Shown: positions 1-11,474, counted from the stretch's first letter. The stretch is DNA of 64,000 nt from an uncultured delta proteobacterium (GCA_963845145.1 CAWJQU010000002.1:32001-96000), one strand, 5' to 3'. Notes: a model not told the origin generated them from the sequence alone. Numbers and translations: made by a program.

Positions 1-1141
1 GTCGTTTTTCAAAACGCATTTTTGCTTCCTTAACAGCATTCACCGTTCGAAAACCGTCAAAAATCGGTAGGCTTAAGTTAAGCCCTAATGACCAGGCGTT
101 GACATTTTCTTCCGTCACCCTGCCCTTGTCATAAGAATTTTCGATGTGGCTCAAATTGCCAAGAAGGGCGACCACCGGAAAGTGTCCGCTTCGTGCCTTT
201 TTCACACCCGCCTCGGCCGCTTTGAGCGCCAATTCCAGTTTTTCCCAGTCGGGGTTAAACTGATATGCATTGGAAATCAGTTTCTCCAAATCCCCTTGAA
301 TCGGCTGAAAAGGGATCTCTTTTTCAGCCGGCACCAAGTTCATGCGCCAATCCAATCCCATGGTGGTTGTAAGGGCTGCTCGAGCCAGCGCTTCGTTAGA
401 GGAGATCGCTTCAAGCATCGATTGTAAGGTCGATACGATGACCTTGGTACGCAAATAGTCTGTTTTTTTAACGGTTCCACTGCCGGTCTGGTAAAGTCGC
501 TCGGTTAAATCAAGGGTCACCTGGAAGCGATCAAGTGTCTGCTGGCCTATGGTTTGAAGCTTTTTGGCGAGAATCGCCCCATAATACATCCGTTTAACAT
601 CGAATATAACCTGCAGATCGGTCCGTCGGGCAGATGCCTTGGCAACTTGAACACCGATTTTAGCCTGTTTGGAAATAGCGCTCCGCCTTCCGCCGGTATA
701 GAGGGGATAAATGAGTTCAAAAGAGCCGAAAATCGAATCCCTGTCCATCAATTTAACATCTTTTTCGGGGACATGTACCTGAACGTTCATGGGAACCGGG
801 GCTAAGCCTTGAATAGTATATGAAGAATTTTCCTCGGGAAAAATATAGTTCGGGTTTTCATCCATTCGATGTGCCAAAATATTGACGTTCATTTTAGGCC
901 AGTAGGATGACAACGCCTGCCGATACTGTGCTTCGGCAATGGCAACTGCGGTCTGAGACACCCGGCGCGAGCGATTGTTTTCAAGGGCCATCTCCAGGCA
1001 TTCCGACAAAGAGAGGGATAATAAATCCGGATTGCCCGTTTTTGGTTGCGACTGGGCGGTATGAATATTCAAACCCAACATTTGGATTCCAGTTACAAAA
1101 ATGAATGCTAGCAAAAAACGGGATTTAAAAACATATGTCAT
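1..1141 (-). CDS. TolC-family outer membrane efflux protein (3' end runs off the window)
   Basis: Manual translation, absent from the ORF track: MTYVFKSRFLLAFIFVTG signal-like start, then LSLSECLEMALENN, YPLYTGG, ARSGHFP and LSLPIFDGF, typical OEP repeat motifs; open to position 1. Confidence 0.85.
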   Translation of the reverse strand, partial: MTYVFKSRFLLAFIFVTGIQMLGLNIHTAQSQPKTGNPDLLSLSLSECLEMALENNRSRRVSQTAVAIAEAQYRQALSSYWPKMNVNILAHRMDENPNYIFPEENSSYTIQGLAPVPMNVQVHVPEKDVKLMDRDSIFGSFELIYPLYTGGRRSAISKQAKIGVQVAKASARRTDLQVIFDVKRMYYGAILAKKLQTIGQQTLDRFQVTLDLTERLYQTGSGTVKKTDYLRTKVIVSTLQSMLEAISSNEALARAALTTTMGLDWRMNLVPAEKEIPFQPIQGDLEKLISNAYQFNPDWEKLELALKAAEAGVKKARSGHFPVVALLGNLSHIENSYDKGRVTEENVNAWSLGLNLSLPIFDGFRTVNAVKEAKMRFEKR

Positions 1142-1511
1142 GTTTCTCAGCCTCTTTTTAAAATTTATCGAATTTCCAGATAAAAATATGGTTAAGTTAA
1201 GCCCATATTCCATGGGAAATTATGCAAAGGTTATGCCGCCTTTTGAAATCCACACGTTTCGTTTCGTTGAAAGGATGGAAGGTGCGATGGGACAGACGTA
1301 GGCCGCGAAGCATCAATACTTGACACGGGTTTGTTCAAAAGCTATCGTAGAGGAAATTATATCAACGTTAACGCCCCGTAAATTTATGAAAAAGTGACGT
1401 ACGCGTCATATAGCTTGACCCAAACCAAGGCCCAGGGGCTGTTGGCCGTTCCAGCATGACGATCCGTATCCGATAATAATTAGTGCCTCAAAACTTGTCG
1501 TCGCAAAGCCG

Positions 1512-3530
1512 ATGAATCGAATAAAACATTTCGCAACCGATTTTATTTCCAGCGGGTATCGAAATAGCCTCGATGCTGAGTCGTTGCGAAAAATTATCCT
1601 GATGAACATCGTTTGCTTTACCGGGATTATCTTTCTGATTCCCATGGGCGGCCTGGCATTTTTCCAAAATAATACCACGCTGGGTCTGTTTGATTTCGTT
1701 GTGGCCGGGATTTTGCTCTTCAATTTGGGTTTTCTACGCACCACCGGCAATTATACCCTTGTTAGCTATTTTGGTATCGTGTCGGCCATGCTGCTATTTA
1801 TTTATCTACTACTCACCGGCGGTGTGAACAATTCGGCCTTTGTCTGGTATTATACATTCCCACTGTTTGCGATGTTTTTACTGGGAATCGCCAGGGGCAC
1901 CATAGCCAGTCTCATTTTACTCGTTGTCGCACTATTTTTTTTTATCGTTGACCCTAAAGGCCCTTTTTTTGCTGCCTATCCAGTTGATCTCAAGATACGA
2001 TTCATCCCCTCCTATGTGGTCGTTATCGCCTATTCATACCTGTTCGAGTTCATGCGCGCCAGGGCCCATCAAAAACTTGTTTCCAAAAATATGGAGCTGA
2101 ATAATACCGTTGATGAGCTGGAACGAACCCGGGAATCACTCGAAAGCGCGCAACAAAACCTGGAATTGAAAGTTGAAAAGCGTACGGCCGACCTGGAAAG
2201 AGCCAATGCGGAACTGCATGCGGAAATCGCTGAAAGACGCCGCGCAGAACGGGAGTTGCATGCGTCCAATGAACGATTTATTACCGTTTTAAATAGCATT
2301 GACGCCAATATTTATGCCGTTGATTTACGAACATATGAAATTTTGTTTATCAATCGAAAAATGGCCCAAACATTCGGTGGGGATATCGTCGGACAAATGT
2401 GCTGGCGCGCTGTTCGCAACAACAACGAAATCTGCGACGATTGTCCCAATGCCAAGCTTTTCGATCCAGACGGACGATCGGCCGGGGTACATGTTTGGGA
2501 ATATCATAATTCCAAGACGAAGAAGTGGTACATCAATTCAGACCGTGCCATTCGCTGGACGGACGGCCGTTGGGTAAAAATTCAGGTTAGTATGGATGTG
2601 ACCGATCGCAAACATGCCGAAAAAGCCATGGCCAAACTAAATGCGGAGCTGGAACGAAAGGTTGCTGAACGTACCTGGCAGACCACCTTGATGAATAGAG
2701 AGCTACGGGTGGAAATCGGAGATCGCAAAATAGCGGAAAAAGAGTTGAAGATCGCCAAGCAGATAGCGGATCGTTCCAACCAGGCCAAAAGCGAGTTTTT
2801 GGCCAATATGAGCCATGAACTGCGCACACCGCTGAACCACATCATCGGCTTTACCGAGTTAATTGTGGATAAGCATTTCGGTGGTTTGACCCCTACCCAG
2901 GAAGAGTATCTCAATGATGTGATTCAAAGCAGTCATCACTTGCTGTCCTTGATAAACGACATTCTGGACATATCCAAGATTGAAGCCAAAAAGATGACCC
3001 TAAACAAGTCCGAAGTCGATATAAAACAACTTCTGTCAACGAGCCTTAACATGATCAAGGAAAAGGCTCAGAAACACGGCATTCATCTTTCTTTAGCGGT
3101 TGATACTATCCCCGAATTTATTCAAGCGGATGAAAGAAGACTTAAACAGATCGTATACAACCTGCTATCCAATGCGGTTAAATTTACACCCGATGGTGGT
3201 CAAATAAAGATCCTGGCAGACCGCGTCAATTCGCATCAAAAGCTATCGCTTCAACATCAATCGTTATTAAAGCAGATGGGGCAAGATACCTTCAAAGACG
3301 CTATTCTGATTACCGTTTCGGACTCCGGCATCGGCATTGCGCAGCAAGATTTGAAACGAATCTTTCTCCCGTTCGAGCAGGTAGAATCGAGTTCCAACCG
3401 AAGGTTTCAGGGAACCGGCCTGGGATTGCCCCTGACTCGAGAGCTTGTTGAACTCCACGGTGGGAACCTTTTTGCCGACAGCAAGGGAGAAGGCCAAGGC
3501 GCCGTTTTCATGTTTACCGTCCCAATTTGA
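1512..3530 (+). CDS. Membrane-bound PAS-domain sensor histidine kinase
   Basis: N-terminal TM helices, PAS-like middle, H-box [14 protein letters not shown]-box [11 protein letters not shown]-boxes DSGIGI and GTGLGL. Confidence 0.92.
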   Translation: MNRIKHFATDFISSGYRNSLDAESLRKIILMNIVCFTGIIFLIPMGGLAFFQNNTTLGLFDFVVAGILLFNLGFLRTTGNYTLVSYFGIVSAMLLFIYLLLTGGVNNSAFVWYYTFPLFAMFLLGIARGTIASLILLVVALFFFIVDPKGPFFAAYPVDLKIRFIPSYVVVIAYSYLFEFMRARAHQKLVSKNMELNNTVDELERTRESLESAQQNLELKVEKRTADLERANAELHAEIAERRRAERELHASNERFITVLNSIDANIYAVDLRTYEILFINRKMAQTFGGDIVGQMCWRAVRNNNEICDDCPNAKLFDPDGRSAGVHVWEYHNSKTKKWYINSDRAIRWTDGRWVKIQVSMDVTDRKHAEKAMAKLNAELERKVAERTWQTTLMNRELRVEIGDRKIAEKELKIAKQIADRSNQAKSEFLANMSHELRTPLNHIIGFTELIVDKHFGGLTPTQEEYLNDVIQSSHHLLSLINDILDISKIEAKKMTLNKSEVDIKQLLSTSLNMIKEKAQKHGIHLSLAVDTIPEFIQADERRLKQIVYNLLSNAVKFTPDGGQIKILADRVNSHQKLSLQHQSLLKQMGQDTFKDAILITVSDSGIGIAQQDLKRIFLPFEQVESSSNRRFQGTGLGLPLTRELVELHGGNLFADSKGEGQGAVFMFTVPI

Positions 3531-3858
3531 TGCCGTTTTTGTTATCTTCAACCATATACCAGCCGGTTCTTTGAAGGAACAGAACCATTTCCAACCGCCT
3601 TCGACTCACGGTGAAAGATGTCAATAGGTGTCCCTTCTATAATCTGTCCCGCTATACCCTAAAGATACACGCAAACCTTGTTTTCAGTCACACAATTGTT
3701 ATGTTAACCGATATTGACAATCGTGGTTTGATGCAATTTCAATGGCTGTAAGATATGAAGTCGTTAAGCAGAGGCAAGATAACTGCTTTCCCGGTTAATC
3801 ACCACTATGAGAAATAGACATTGATATAATTTTTTAAAATGCAAATAAGGCGGATAAA

Positions 3859-4080
3859 ATGCAAAATCATGATGTGACTGTTTTCAGCCCCTACGCTTTC
3901 ACCTTGGGGCAAAAAATCTATATTGATGAAGGCCGTCGAAAAGGTGACTGGGAAGTGGTGGCTTTCGATGATTTGAAAGTAAAGCTTAAGTGCCCAATTT
4001 CCAAAAAGGAGTTTGAATTCAATCGCTTTTGTTATTTGGTAAAGGACGAAAAGGGCGTTCCATGGCCTCGTAAGGATTAA
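3859..4080 (+). CDS. Small hypothetical protein (73 aa)
   Basis: ATG after AAGGCGGA, fills an otherwise empty gap, protein-like composition; no family recognised. Confidence 0.6.
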   Translation: MQNHDVTVFSPYAFTLGQKIYIDEGRRKGDWEVVAFDDLKVKLKCPISKKEFEFNRFCYLVKDEKGVPWPRKD

Positions 4081-4116
4081 TAGCGGCGACGAAAACCAGG
4101 GACTCGAAGGCCTTGT

Positions 4117-4581
4117 TTAAATGGCCTCCATGGTCATTTCGTCCGTAATATCGATACATCCGATCACACTTTGGGCCGCCGGGCACTTGACGAGATATTC
4201 CCCCAGGGCCTGCCTCACATCCGGTTGTTTCTCCGATTCGACCTTAAGCGCGTAATGGACGTTGATCCGGGTGATTTTAAGGACACCTGCCACGGCTTCA
4301 ATATCACCGGTAACGGTAGCGCGGAATCGATCTTGAAATGTCCGGATCTTCTTTTTGGCCAACACCGTGGCCAATGTTCCCATCATTCACCCACCCACGG
4401 CGCCAACGATATGGTCCAGGGTGGCAGCATGCTCTTCTTCCGGGTCCACCTTATAAAATTTCTTGATGCCGCCATGCACGCCATAAAAAACCGGTTTATC
4501 AAACCCCTTAATTTCTGCTCGCCGGGTGGGACCTTTCTCGCGGGTAATGGTGATATGGGATTGATGAATGACTTTGCCCAT
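4117..4581 (-). CDS. OsmC/Ohr-like protein with in-frame UGA (selenocysteine, residue 65), 154 aa
   Basis: ORFs 4387..4581 and 4117..4386 share a frame, separated only by TGA (4387-4389) in HIVGAVGG-U-MMGTL, the position of the first OsmC Cys; the second Cys is in KCPAAQSV. Confidence 0.85.
4355..4374 (-). promoter_or_regulatory. Putative bacterial SECIS hairpin of the OsmC-like gene
   Basis: mRNA TTGGCCA-CGGTGT-TGGCCAA, a perfect 7-bp stem starting 12 nt after the UGA, with G at loop position 2. Confidence 0.65.
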
Positions 4582-4664
4582 GATGCTCTTCTCCTATATT
4601 CTTTTGGTGAATGTGGGGCTTCAAAGCTAGCCCGGTGTAAAATTAACCCAAGGCCTGGTTAAAA

Positions 4665-7608
4665 TCAGCGATTAAAATCAAACAACGTCAACTGTTTCCT
4701 TATTTTCTTTTCTTTACGTAATAATTCAACGGTAACCGTATCACCTGCGGTTGTGTAAAAAAGGGCGAATTTCAAATCGGCCAGACTTTCAATTTTTTGG
4801 TCGACAATTCGAACAATCATGTCGCCTTTTTTTAGACCGGCTTTACCGGCTGGGCTCTCTTCAACCACGCCAACAATATGCACCGTCTCACCTTTTGCTT
4901 CGATCGATATACCCAACAGCGGCGCTTTCTTTCCTTTTAGTGGTATGGTTTGCAATACGAAATCCGCGATCCCCGGCTGCAGGCTCTCATCCTGAATGAC
5001 GACCGCATTGGAAAAGCCGTTTCTTCGAAAAACACGTTGGGGGATACCGTATTTATATCTCAGATGCCCATTTCCGGCCAGAACAACCATGGATGTCCCC
5101 GGATTATGAGCAAGATAGCGATGGACGGATTCGGCCATAGTTTCATCCCACAAGATCTGGGCCTGCAAAAAAAAGTCGTAATTCTTTAGCTGATGCTGAC
5201 TGTCGTGCATCCCGAATATTTCATACAGATCCTGTTTGTAACGAGAATCGGTAAAATCCATTTCAGGTGGCAGCTGCGCTTCTTCTTCTTTCGTTAATTG
5301 ATGCTAACCCTTTTCTGGCGACCTTGCGGGAGATATCGCCGTCAATGTTCAAGGCAATCAGCGGAATTTTTTCTTTTTTAAGATAATCGATAATCGGTTT
5401 ATAAAGGTTATAATCAAACCGCCATTTATCGAAATAGAGTGAATCCCTTAAAAACATGCGCTCATCACTTCGGCCGGCTAAATAATCATCCACTGCCGCT
5501 TGATAAGGGGTCTGAAACATTTCCATGCCGACGGCTACCTTATTCCCAGCTTCATGCAGTTTTTTGATAATCATCAACTGGTTCATGTGGTGGGCATAAT
5601 TTTCATGCTGCTCACCCACATAGATAACCCGACGGGTCAGGAGCTCGGGGAAGATCTCTTCCAAGGTGGCAATATTGTCCGGCCGGACCGCTTTGGCTGC
5701 AGGCCGGGATAGCACGGGTATGCCCGAAGGTGTGTCTCTTTTTTCCTTTAAGGCTAATCTCCCTTCGTTAAAAACAAGTTTGTCATACTTACCGTAATGC
5801 GAAAGTTTTCGTCGGATAGCTTTAGCTTCAGCCGCGTTTTTCACATGCAGCAACATGATGACTTCGGCAGGATTATATGGGTTTTCAAACACCTGTAGTC
5901 GAACGCCGTCCTCATATTTCGGCTGTCGCCCAAAAAGCATATTGACCGTTGACAAATGGTATCCGGAGAGAATGACCGAATGATTTTTTATCTCGTCTAA
6001 GGTGACTTTTTCCGGCGATTGGAAAACGAGATCTTTATCACCCAAAGCCTGGAAAATGCGGCTGGTATTTCTCAGACTGATCCATCTCCCCAATGACCAG
6101 GAGTTTTTCCTTTCCCATGATTTTGGCCAGAACCGCCGGCGACTCCGAGAAATCCAAATGACGCATCAAATCATAATTTTCGTCAACGACGATTCGGATA
6201 GGGACTTCATCCAGCAATAGCCGGACCGTTTCCCGCGCCTGCGTCACTTCAACGAGGTGATCGGTTTTCGCACTGGGTGTCGTCACCGTTACCGGTATAA
6301 GCATGTCATAGGTTTTATTACCCTGAACGATGTCAAACCGGGCTGTTATCCGGCCCTGATCAACCGCAATCTCCGGGGCCTCTATGGTCAGGCTGGGAAT
6401 ATCGTCCCACGACAACCGTTGGGAAAAATAGGACGTCAGATCCGTGAGACTGGCCTTTTCAAAGGTGTTCTGAATATCCGCCCAAGAGGCTTTTTGAAAC
6501 CGATACGTTGTTAAAAAGTCGCGCCAACCGGAAAAAAAAACAGAATCGCCTACTTTCCGGCGCAATTCATGAAAGATCATGGCGCCTTTGCCATACCCAA
6601 TGGCACTTTCTGCCTTGTTCCGCCGCGAATGAAAATCCGTTAGCGGTATTTTATTCGATTCATTGACATAAGCGTCGTGGTTCACGAGAATCCGCTTACG
6701 ATACTCCGCGCCCTCTCCCTTTAGGTCGGCATAGTGGTGATCCGCCAGATAATTGGTGAGCCCCTCCGCCCAGTTTCCACTAACATGGATCAATGTAAAC
6801 AAAATTGCCGAACCATTGATGAAGAATTTCATGGCCCAGCGACGTCTGGGTTATAAACGGCAACCGCACCACTGCTTTACCCAATAAGGTGTAGGTGGGC
6901 ATGGAATATCCGGTTGGAAAAAGGTTTTCAGCAATGACAAACCGCCGATAAGGATATGCGCGTCAGCATCTGTTCATACATGGCCAGGTATCTTTTGGTA
7001 TAAGCCAGGTAGTCGTCGGCCAGGTCGGCATCTTCTTTGAAAAAAAAGGCTTTAATGGCGATCCCTTTGTATTGATCCTCCTTTAGCACGTAGTCTCGCG
7101 AAGCGGCCAGACTCAGGCCATCCACCGGGTGATCAAACTGAAACCGGAAAGTATCCGTCCGATCGTTTTTCCTCATAATTACGGATTCTGCTTCGGAAAT
7201 GGCCTGAAACCCTTTGGGTAAGGTCACTGTGAGGGAATAGTCAGCCAACCTATCGGGTTTGGGAAACCAGTTACCTGTTAAAAAGACATGTTGCAGGCTA
7301 ATGTAATTATGTATTGATGCATCAGCGGTTGTTTCAAAAGAAATCACCCGCTCGGTCCCCACAGGTATTTCCACATTCAAGGCCCCCCCCGTAGCGGCAA
7401 TGGCCTTACCATCCAATTGTAGCTCACGAATGTTTTTAAGGTCTAACGTTGAATTCAATGTATTCGTTGACGTTAGTCGGGCAACACCGATTATTTTTTT
7501 CTTTTCGGTATCCACCTGTACATCAAGCCCAAACTTCAGGTCTGCCGCCATAACGCCAATCGGCAGCCAAATGATCATAACAAGAATGAGACAATAGATA
7601 TGAAACAT
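4665..7608 (-). pseudogene. M1-family Zn-aminopeptidase / ChaN-like / PDZ fusion split by four +1 frameshifts (pseudogene or sequencing error)
   Basis: Signal peptide MFHIYCLILV...AADL; HEILHQWFGN (from 6833) in a frame not shown in the track; GNWAEGLT; ChaN-like IYVGEQH, GMEMF, WDETMAES, LAGNGH; C-terminal PDZ SPAGKAGLKKGD. Removing one base near 6960, 6787, 6058 and 5298 gives a continuous 979-aa ORF. Confidence 0.8.
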
Positions 7609-7760
7609 CCGATTCCCTTCCCCATATCGTTCGATAATGCTCTGGTTTTCGACCATTCAAATGATAAGCATGATTCTATCACTTGCAGCGGTAACGGCAC
7701 CCCCCCCCGCCTGTGGTGTCATAAATGGAGGTCCAAAAAGGGGGGCTTGGCGCCCGGTTT

Positions 7761-7808
7761 TTTTACTTGGGCTTTATTTTACTTGGGTTTTATTTTGCTT
7801 GGGCTAAA
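7761..7808. repeat. Three-copy 16-bp imperfect tandem repeat
   Basis: ttttacttgggcttta / ttttacttgggtttta / ttttgcttgggctaaa. Confidence 0.8.
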
Positions 7809-7822
7809 TTGGTTCACGGGAC

Positions 7823-8476
7823 CTACCCCAGGCGGTAAATCTTGATAAGATTCTTCTGGTGATGCTCAAATGACCAGTGTTCATATTTGATGATACTGGC
7901 CGCGGCATTCTGATTACCCGCCTTGATAGAATCGAGGAAGCGTTCGTGCTCCCGTAGATTAACAAGCTCCCACTGCCGATCATAGATCATACGCGGAAAA
8001 TCAGTCAAACGCTGTTTTAGGGGTAAAAGAATATGGTTGAGCAGTATATTATTCGAAAGTGATAGAAAGATGCCGTGGAATTCCAAATTGAGTTCATAGT
8101 AGGTGTCGAACTGCTCGCCATCCAGGGTTTCTTTAAGACGAAAATTGATCGCTTCCAGTTTGCCGATATGGGAAGGTTTGATTTTATGAAATTCGGATAA
8201 TATAATTGATGATTCCAGCGAACCAATAACCTCGTAAGAGCTTTTAATATCCGCCAGTGTTAGTTTTTTAATCAACACGCCCCGCCTGGGCAAGATTTCA
8301 ATGAACTGCTCGGTTTCCAGCTGAATCAGGGCATCTCTTAAAGGTGCCCGGCTGATTTTGAGATTGTCGCAGATCTCCCTCTGGTCGATAAAGGAGCCCG
8401 GAATCAATGCTCCTTTCGCCAACTCTTCGCGCAGATAATGGTAAACTTTTTCCCGAAGCGTGCCGTTGGTTCCCAT
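7823..8476 (-). CDS. GntR-family (FCD) transcriptional regulator
   Basis: wHTH LREKVYHYLRE...ISRAPLRDALIQLE...PRRG; FCD LNLEFH...EH; start taken at MGTNG after GGAAAAGGGA. Confidence 0.9.
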   Translation of the reverse strand: MGTNGTLREKVYHYLREELAKGALIPGSFIDQREICDNLKISRAPLRDALIQLETEQFIEILPRRGVLIKKLTLADIKSSYEVIGSLESSIILSEFHKIKPSHIGKLEAINFRLKETLDGEQFDTYYELNLEFHGIFLSLSNNILLNHILLPLKQRLTDFPRMIYDRQWELVNLREHERFLDSIKAGNQNAAASIIKYEHWSFEHHQKNLIKIYRLG

Positions 8477-8687
8477 AAATAATTTCCCTTTTCCAAAACC
8501 GAGGCTAACCAGAACACGATATTTTGTCAAATGGTTGATAACGTTCAATATGGTGCCGATTCTATCTGCCGATTCTATTGGAGGCACATTAATCCAGTAT
8601 CGATTGGGAGCGCTTCAATCCGCTTGTTTCTCAACAACCATCGCATCAGACAAAACATTTAAGTCAACATATTTGATTGACAAGCCT

Positions 8688-8705
8688 CATCTTATATATT
8701 AGATG
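8688..8705. promoter_or_regulatory. Putative GntR operator 1, just downstream of a TTGACA hexamer (8677-8682)
   Basis: CATCTTATATATTAGATG pseudo-palindrome; 15/18 identical to the site at 8850. Confidence 0.55.
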
Positions 8706-8847
8706 GAAAAAATTACTTGGCGAAAAATAACGATAACCGATTATAAATTTTGCTAACAATCCTTATTAATTATATTTTATAATATTTATATCATAATTTT
8801 AGATAAGGCGACATTTTAGAAAATTTTCAATTTATTGAGCCATAATA

Positions 8848-8869
8848 GCCATCTGATATATCTGATGGC
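8848..8869. promoter_or_regulatory. Putative GntR operator 2
   Basis: GCCATCTGATATATCTGATGGC pseudo-palindrome 30 nt upstream of the dehydrogenase start. Confidence 0.55.
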
Positions 8870-8899
8870 ATTTCTAATCCAAATAATGGAGGGAGGAGC

Positions 8900-11344
8900 A
8901 TGCCAAATCAATTACCCGATCAGGTACAGGTGGTTATCATTGGCGGGGGAATCGTGGGCTGTAGCGTGGCTTATCACCTGACCAAACTCGGCTGGTCGGA
9001 TGTTTTGGTTCTGGAGCGAAAGGAGATCGGGTCCGGAACCACCTGGGCCGCTGCCGGTTTGCTGACTCAATTGCGCCAGAATCAGGAAATGACCAATCTG
9101 GCGAAATACACGGTCGACCTTTACGCAGGTTTGGAAGCCGAAACCGGAGTGGCCACAGGATTCCGAAGAAATGGCACCGTACACGTTTGCCAGACCGATG
9201 ATCGGCGAACGGAGTTGCTCCGTTCCGCAGCCATGGCCCGGGCCTTCAATATGGAAATGAGTGAAATCAGCGTCAAAGAAGCGGCCGATCAGGTGCCGGG
9301 CATGAGCATCGAAGGGCTGGTTGCCGCGTTTCAGGTGCCCTATGACGGCGTCACCAACCCCATTGAGACCACTCGCGCGCTGGCCAAAGGCGCCAAAATG
9401 GGTGGGGCCACCATTCTGGAAAATATCAAGGTGACCGACATTAAAGTAAAGAATAGCCGTATTTGCGGCGTGGCCACCGATCATGGCGATATTACCAGCG
9501 AATATGTGGTCAATTGCGCGGGGATGTGGGGCCGTCAGATCGGCCAACTGGTGAATGTCAGTATTCCCTTACATGCCGCCGAACACATGCATGCCGTCAC
9601 CATGCCCATTGAAGGGTTAAAAAAGCACTTCCCAACCGTCCGCGATTTTGACGGCGAGACCTATTTCAAGTCCGAATCCGACGGCATCCTTTTCGGCGGT
9701 TTCGAGGCGATATCCAAACCCTGGGGTATGAAGGGGATTCCAGACAAGTTCATGTACACTGAACTCCAGGAGGACTGGGACCAGTTTCAGCCATTCATGG
9801 ATTGCGCCCTGCAACGGTTTCCCGCCATGGAAACCGCCCAGATTCGGCATCTATCCATTGTGCCTGAAAGCTTTACGCCCGACACGGCCTTTATGGTGGG
9901 TGAAGCGCCGGAGGTCAAAAATTTCTTTGTGGGCTGTGGCATGAATTCCGTGGGAATTCAAAGTGCCGGCGGTGTGGGGCGTGCCCTGGCCCATTGGATA
10001 GTCGAGGGACGCCCCGAAGAACAACTATGGCCGGTGGATGTCAAACGATACTTTCCATGGCAACAAAACGCCCGCTATCTCCATGATCGAACAGTTGAAG
10101 CGGTTGGTGTCCTGTATCATCATCACTACCCCAACCGACAAAAAACCACAGCCCGTCCGGTTATCTGCTCGCCGACGCACCATCGCCTGGCCGAAAATGG
10201 CGCCGCCTTTGCCATGACCGCCGGCTGGGAACGGGCCGATTGGTTTGCACCTGCCGGCGTAACCCCGGAACATCAATACAGCTGGGAAAAGCCAAATTGG
10301 TTTGAATACCAGCGCCAAGAACACATGGCCGTCCGAGACGGCGTCGGGCTTTACGATTTAACCTCCATGGGCAAGATACTCGTCCAGGGCCCGGATGCCG
10401 AAGCGTTTCTTCAAAATATTTGCGCCAATAATGTGGCTGTGCCTGTAGGAAAAGTCGTCTACACACCGATATTAAACGATCGAGGCGGCTTTGAAACCGA
10501 TGTAACGGTGACCCGTTTTTCCGATGAGTCGTTTTTTATCGTCACCGCCGGGGCAACCCTGGTCCGTGATTTTGACTATTTTAAACGTCTTCTGGCCAGA
10601 GACGCCCGGGCCACCATCACCGATGTCACTTATGGTTACGCGATGTTGGCCGTCATGGGACCCCAGGCACGCACCCTGCTCGAAAAGTTGACCGATGCCG
10701 ATCTCTCAAATGCCGGATTCCCCTATGGAACCGCCCGGGAAATCGACCTGGCTTATGCCCGACCCTGGGCGCTTAGAATGTCTTACGTCGGTGAACTGGG
10801 ATGGGAGCTGTATATCCCCACCATGTTTACCCTTCCCCTGTTTGATGCCATCCTGGCCGAGGGCCGACAAGCCGGATTGCGCCTCGTCGGCATGCAGGCT
10901 GTGAACTCTCTACGCTTAGAAGCCGGGTGCCGCCACTGGGAATCGGACATCACACCCGATGATACGCCCTTTGAAGCCGGCATGGGCTTTGGTGTCGATT
11001 TGGAAAAAGGCGAATTCATCGGACGCGATGCTCTGGTGACCCAACAGAAAAACGGCATAAAACGAAAGCTGGTCATGGTCACGCCCAATGATCCCGACAT
11101 CATGCTATACGGCAGTGAACCCATGTATCGGGATGGGGTCTGGATGGATAACCTGCGGTCCGGCGCCTATGGATACAAGGTGGGCTCAGCGGTGGGAATG
11201 GGCTACGTCAAAAATGAGGTGCCGGTTACCACCGATTGGATCCGGGAAGGCACCTACGAAATTGAAGTCCTGGGAAAAATGATACCGGCCACGGTACACA
11301 TTAAAGCACCTTATGACCCCGATAACCTGCGTGTGAGGATGTAA
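8900..11344 (+). CDS. GcvT-family FAD-dependent oxidoreductase (dimethylglycine/sarcosine dehydrogenase-like)
   Basis: GGGIVG FAD motif, GTTWAAAG, ESFTPD, C-terminal folate-binding GcvT domain (SYVGELGWEL, SLRLEAG); GGAGG RBS. Confidence 0.9.
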   Translation: MPNQLPDQVQVVIIGGGIVGCSVAYHLTKLGWSDVLVLERKEIGSGTTWAAAGLLTQLRQNQEMTNLAKYTVDLYAGLEAETGVATGFRRNGTVHVCQTDDRRTELLRSAAMARAFNMEMSEISVKEAADQVPGMSIEGLVAAFQVPYDGVTNPIETTRALAKGAKMGGATILENIKVTDIKVKNSRICGVATDHGDITSEYVVNCAGMWGRQIGQLVNVSIPLHAAEHMHAVTMPIEGLKKHFPTVRDFDGETYFKSESDGILFGGFEAISKPWGMKGIPDKFMYTELQEDWDQFQPFMDCALQRFPAMETAQIRHLSIVPESFTPDTAFMVGEAPEVKNFFVGCGMNSVGIQSAGGVGRALAHWIVEGRPEEQLWPVDVKRYFPWQQNARYLHDRTVEAVGVLYHHHYPNRQKTTARPVICSPTHHRLAENGAAFAMTAGWERADWFAPAGVTPEHQYSWEKPNWFEYQRQEHMAVRDGVGLYDLTSMGKILVQGPDAEAFLQNICANNVAVPVGKVVYTPILNDRGGFETDVTVTRFSDESFFIVTAGATLVRDFDYFKRLLARDARATITDVTYGYAMLAVMGPQARTLLEKLTDADLSNAGFPYGTAREIDLAYARPWALRMSYVGELGWELYIPTMFTLPLFDAILAEGRQAGLRLVGMQAVNSLRLEAGCRHWESDITPDDTPFEAGMGFGVDLEKGEFIGRDALVTQQKNGIKRKLVMVTPNDPDIMLYGSEPMYRDGVWMDNLRSGAYGYKVGSAVGMGYVKNEVPVTTDWIREGTYEIEVLGKMIPATVHIKAPYDPDNLRVRM

Positions 11345-11474
11345 AACCCCAGATCAATTTCCACTGGGTCATTGGCCTGTTCTCCGGTTGATTCACGTAT
11401 TGATATAAACCGGTGAACGGGCCAGCCTGAGCCCCGGCTAAAGACCTGAGGCTGCTTCACGCCTCCCCCTTGCC

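Noticed and set aside
302..330. 10-bp inverted repeat CGGCTGAAAA/TTTTCAGCCG inside tolC
   Set aside because: Single, within an intact reading frame, with no U-tract after it; compatible with chance.
5263..6930. TGA stops ending three fragments of the M1/ChaN gene as possible selenocysteines
   Set aside because: Homology continues in a different frame each time and the shift precedes the TGA, so these are frameshift consequences.
4665..7608. Programmed frameshifting or phase variation
   Set aside because: None of the four sites has a slippery heptamer or long homopolymer, and four recoding events in one gene are implausible.
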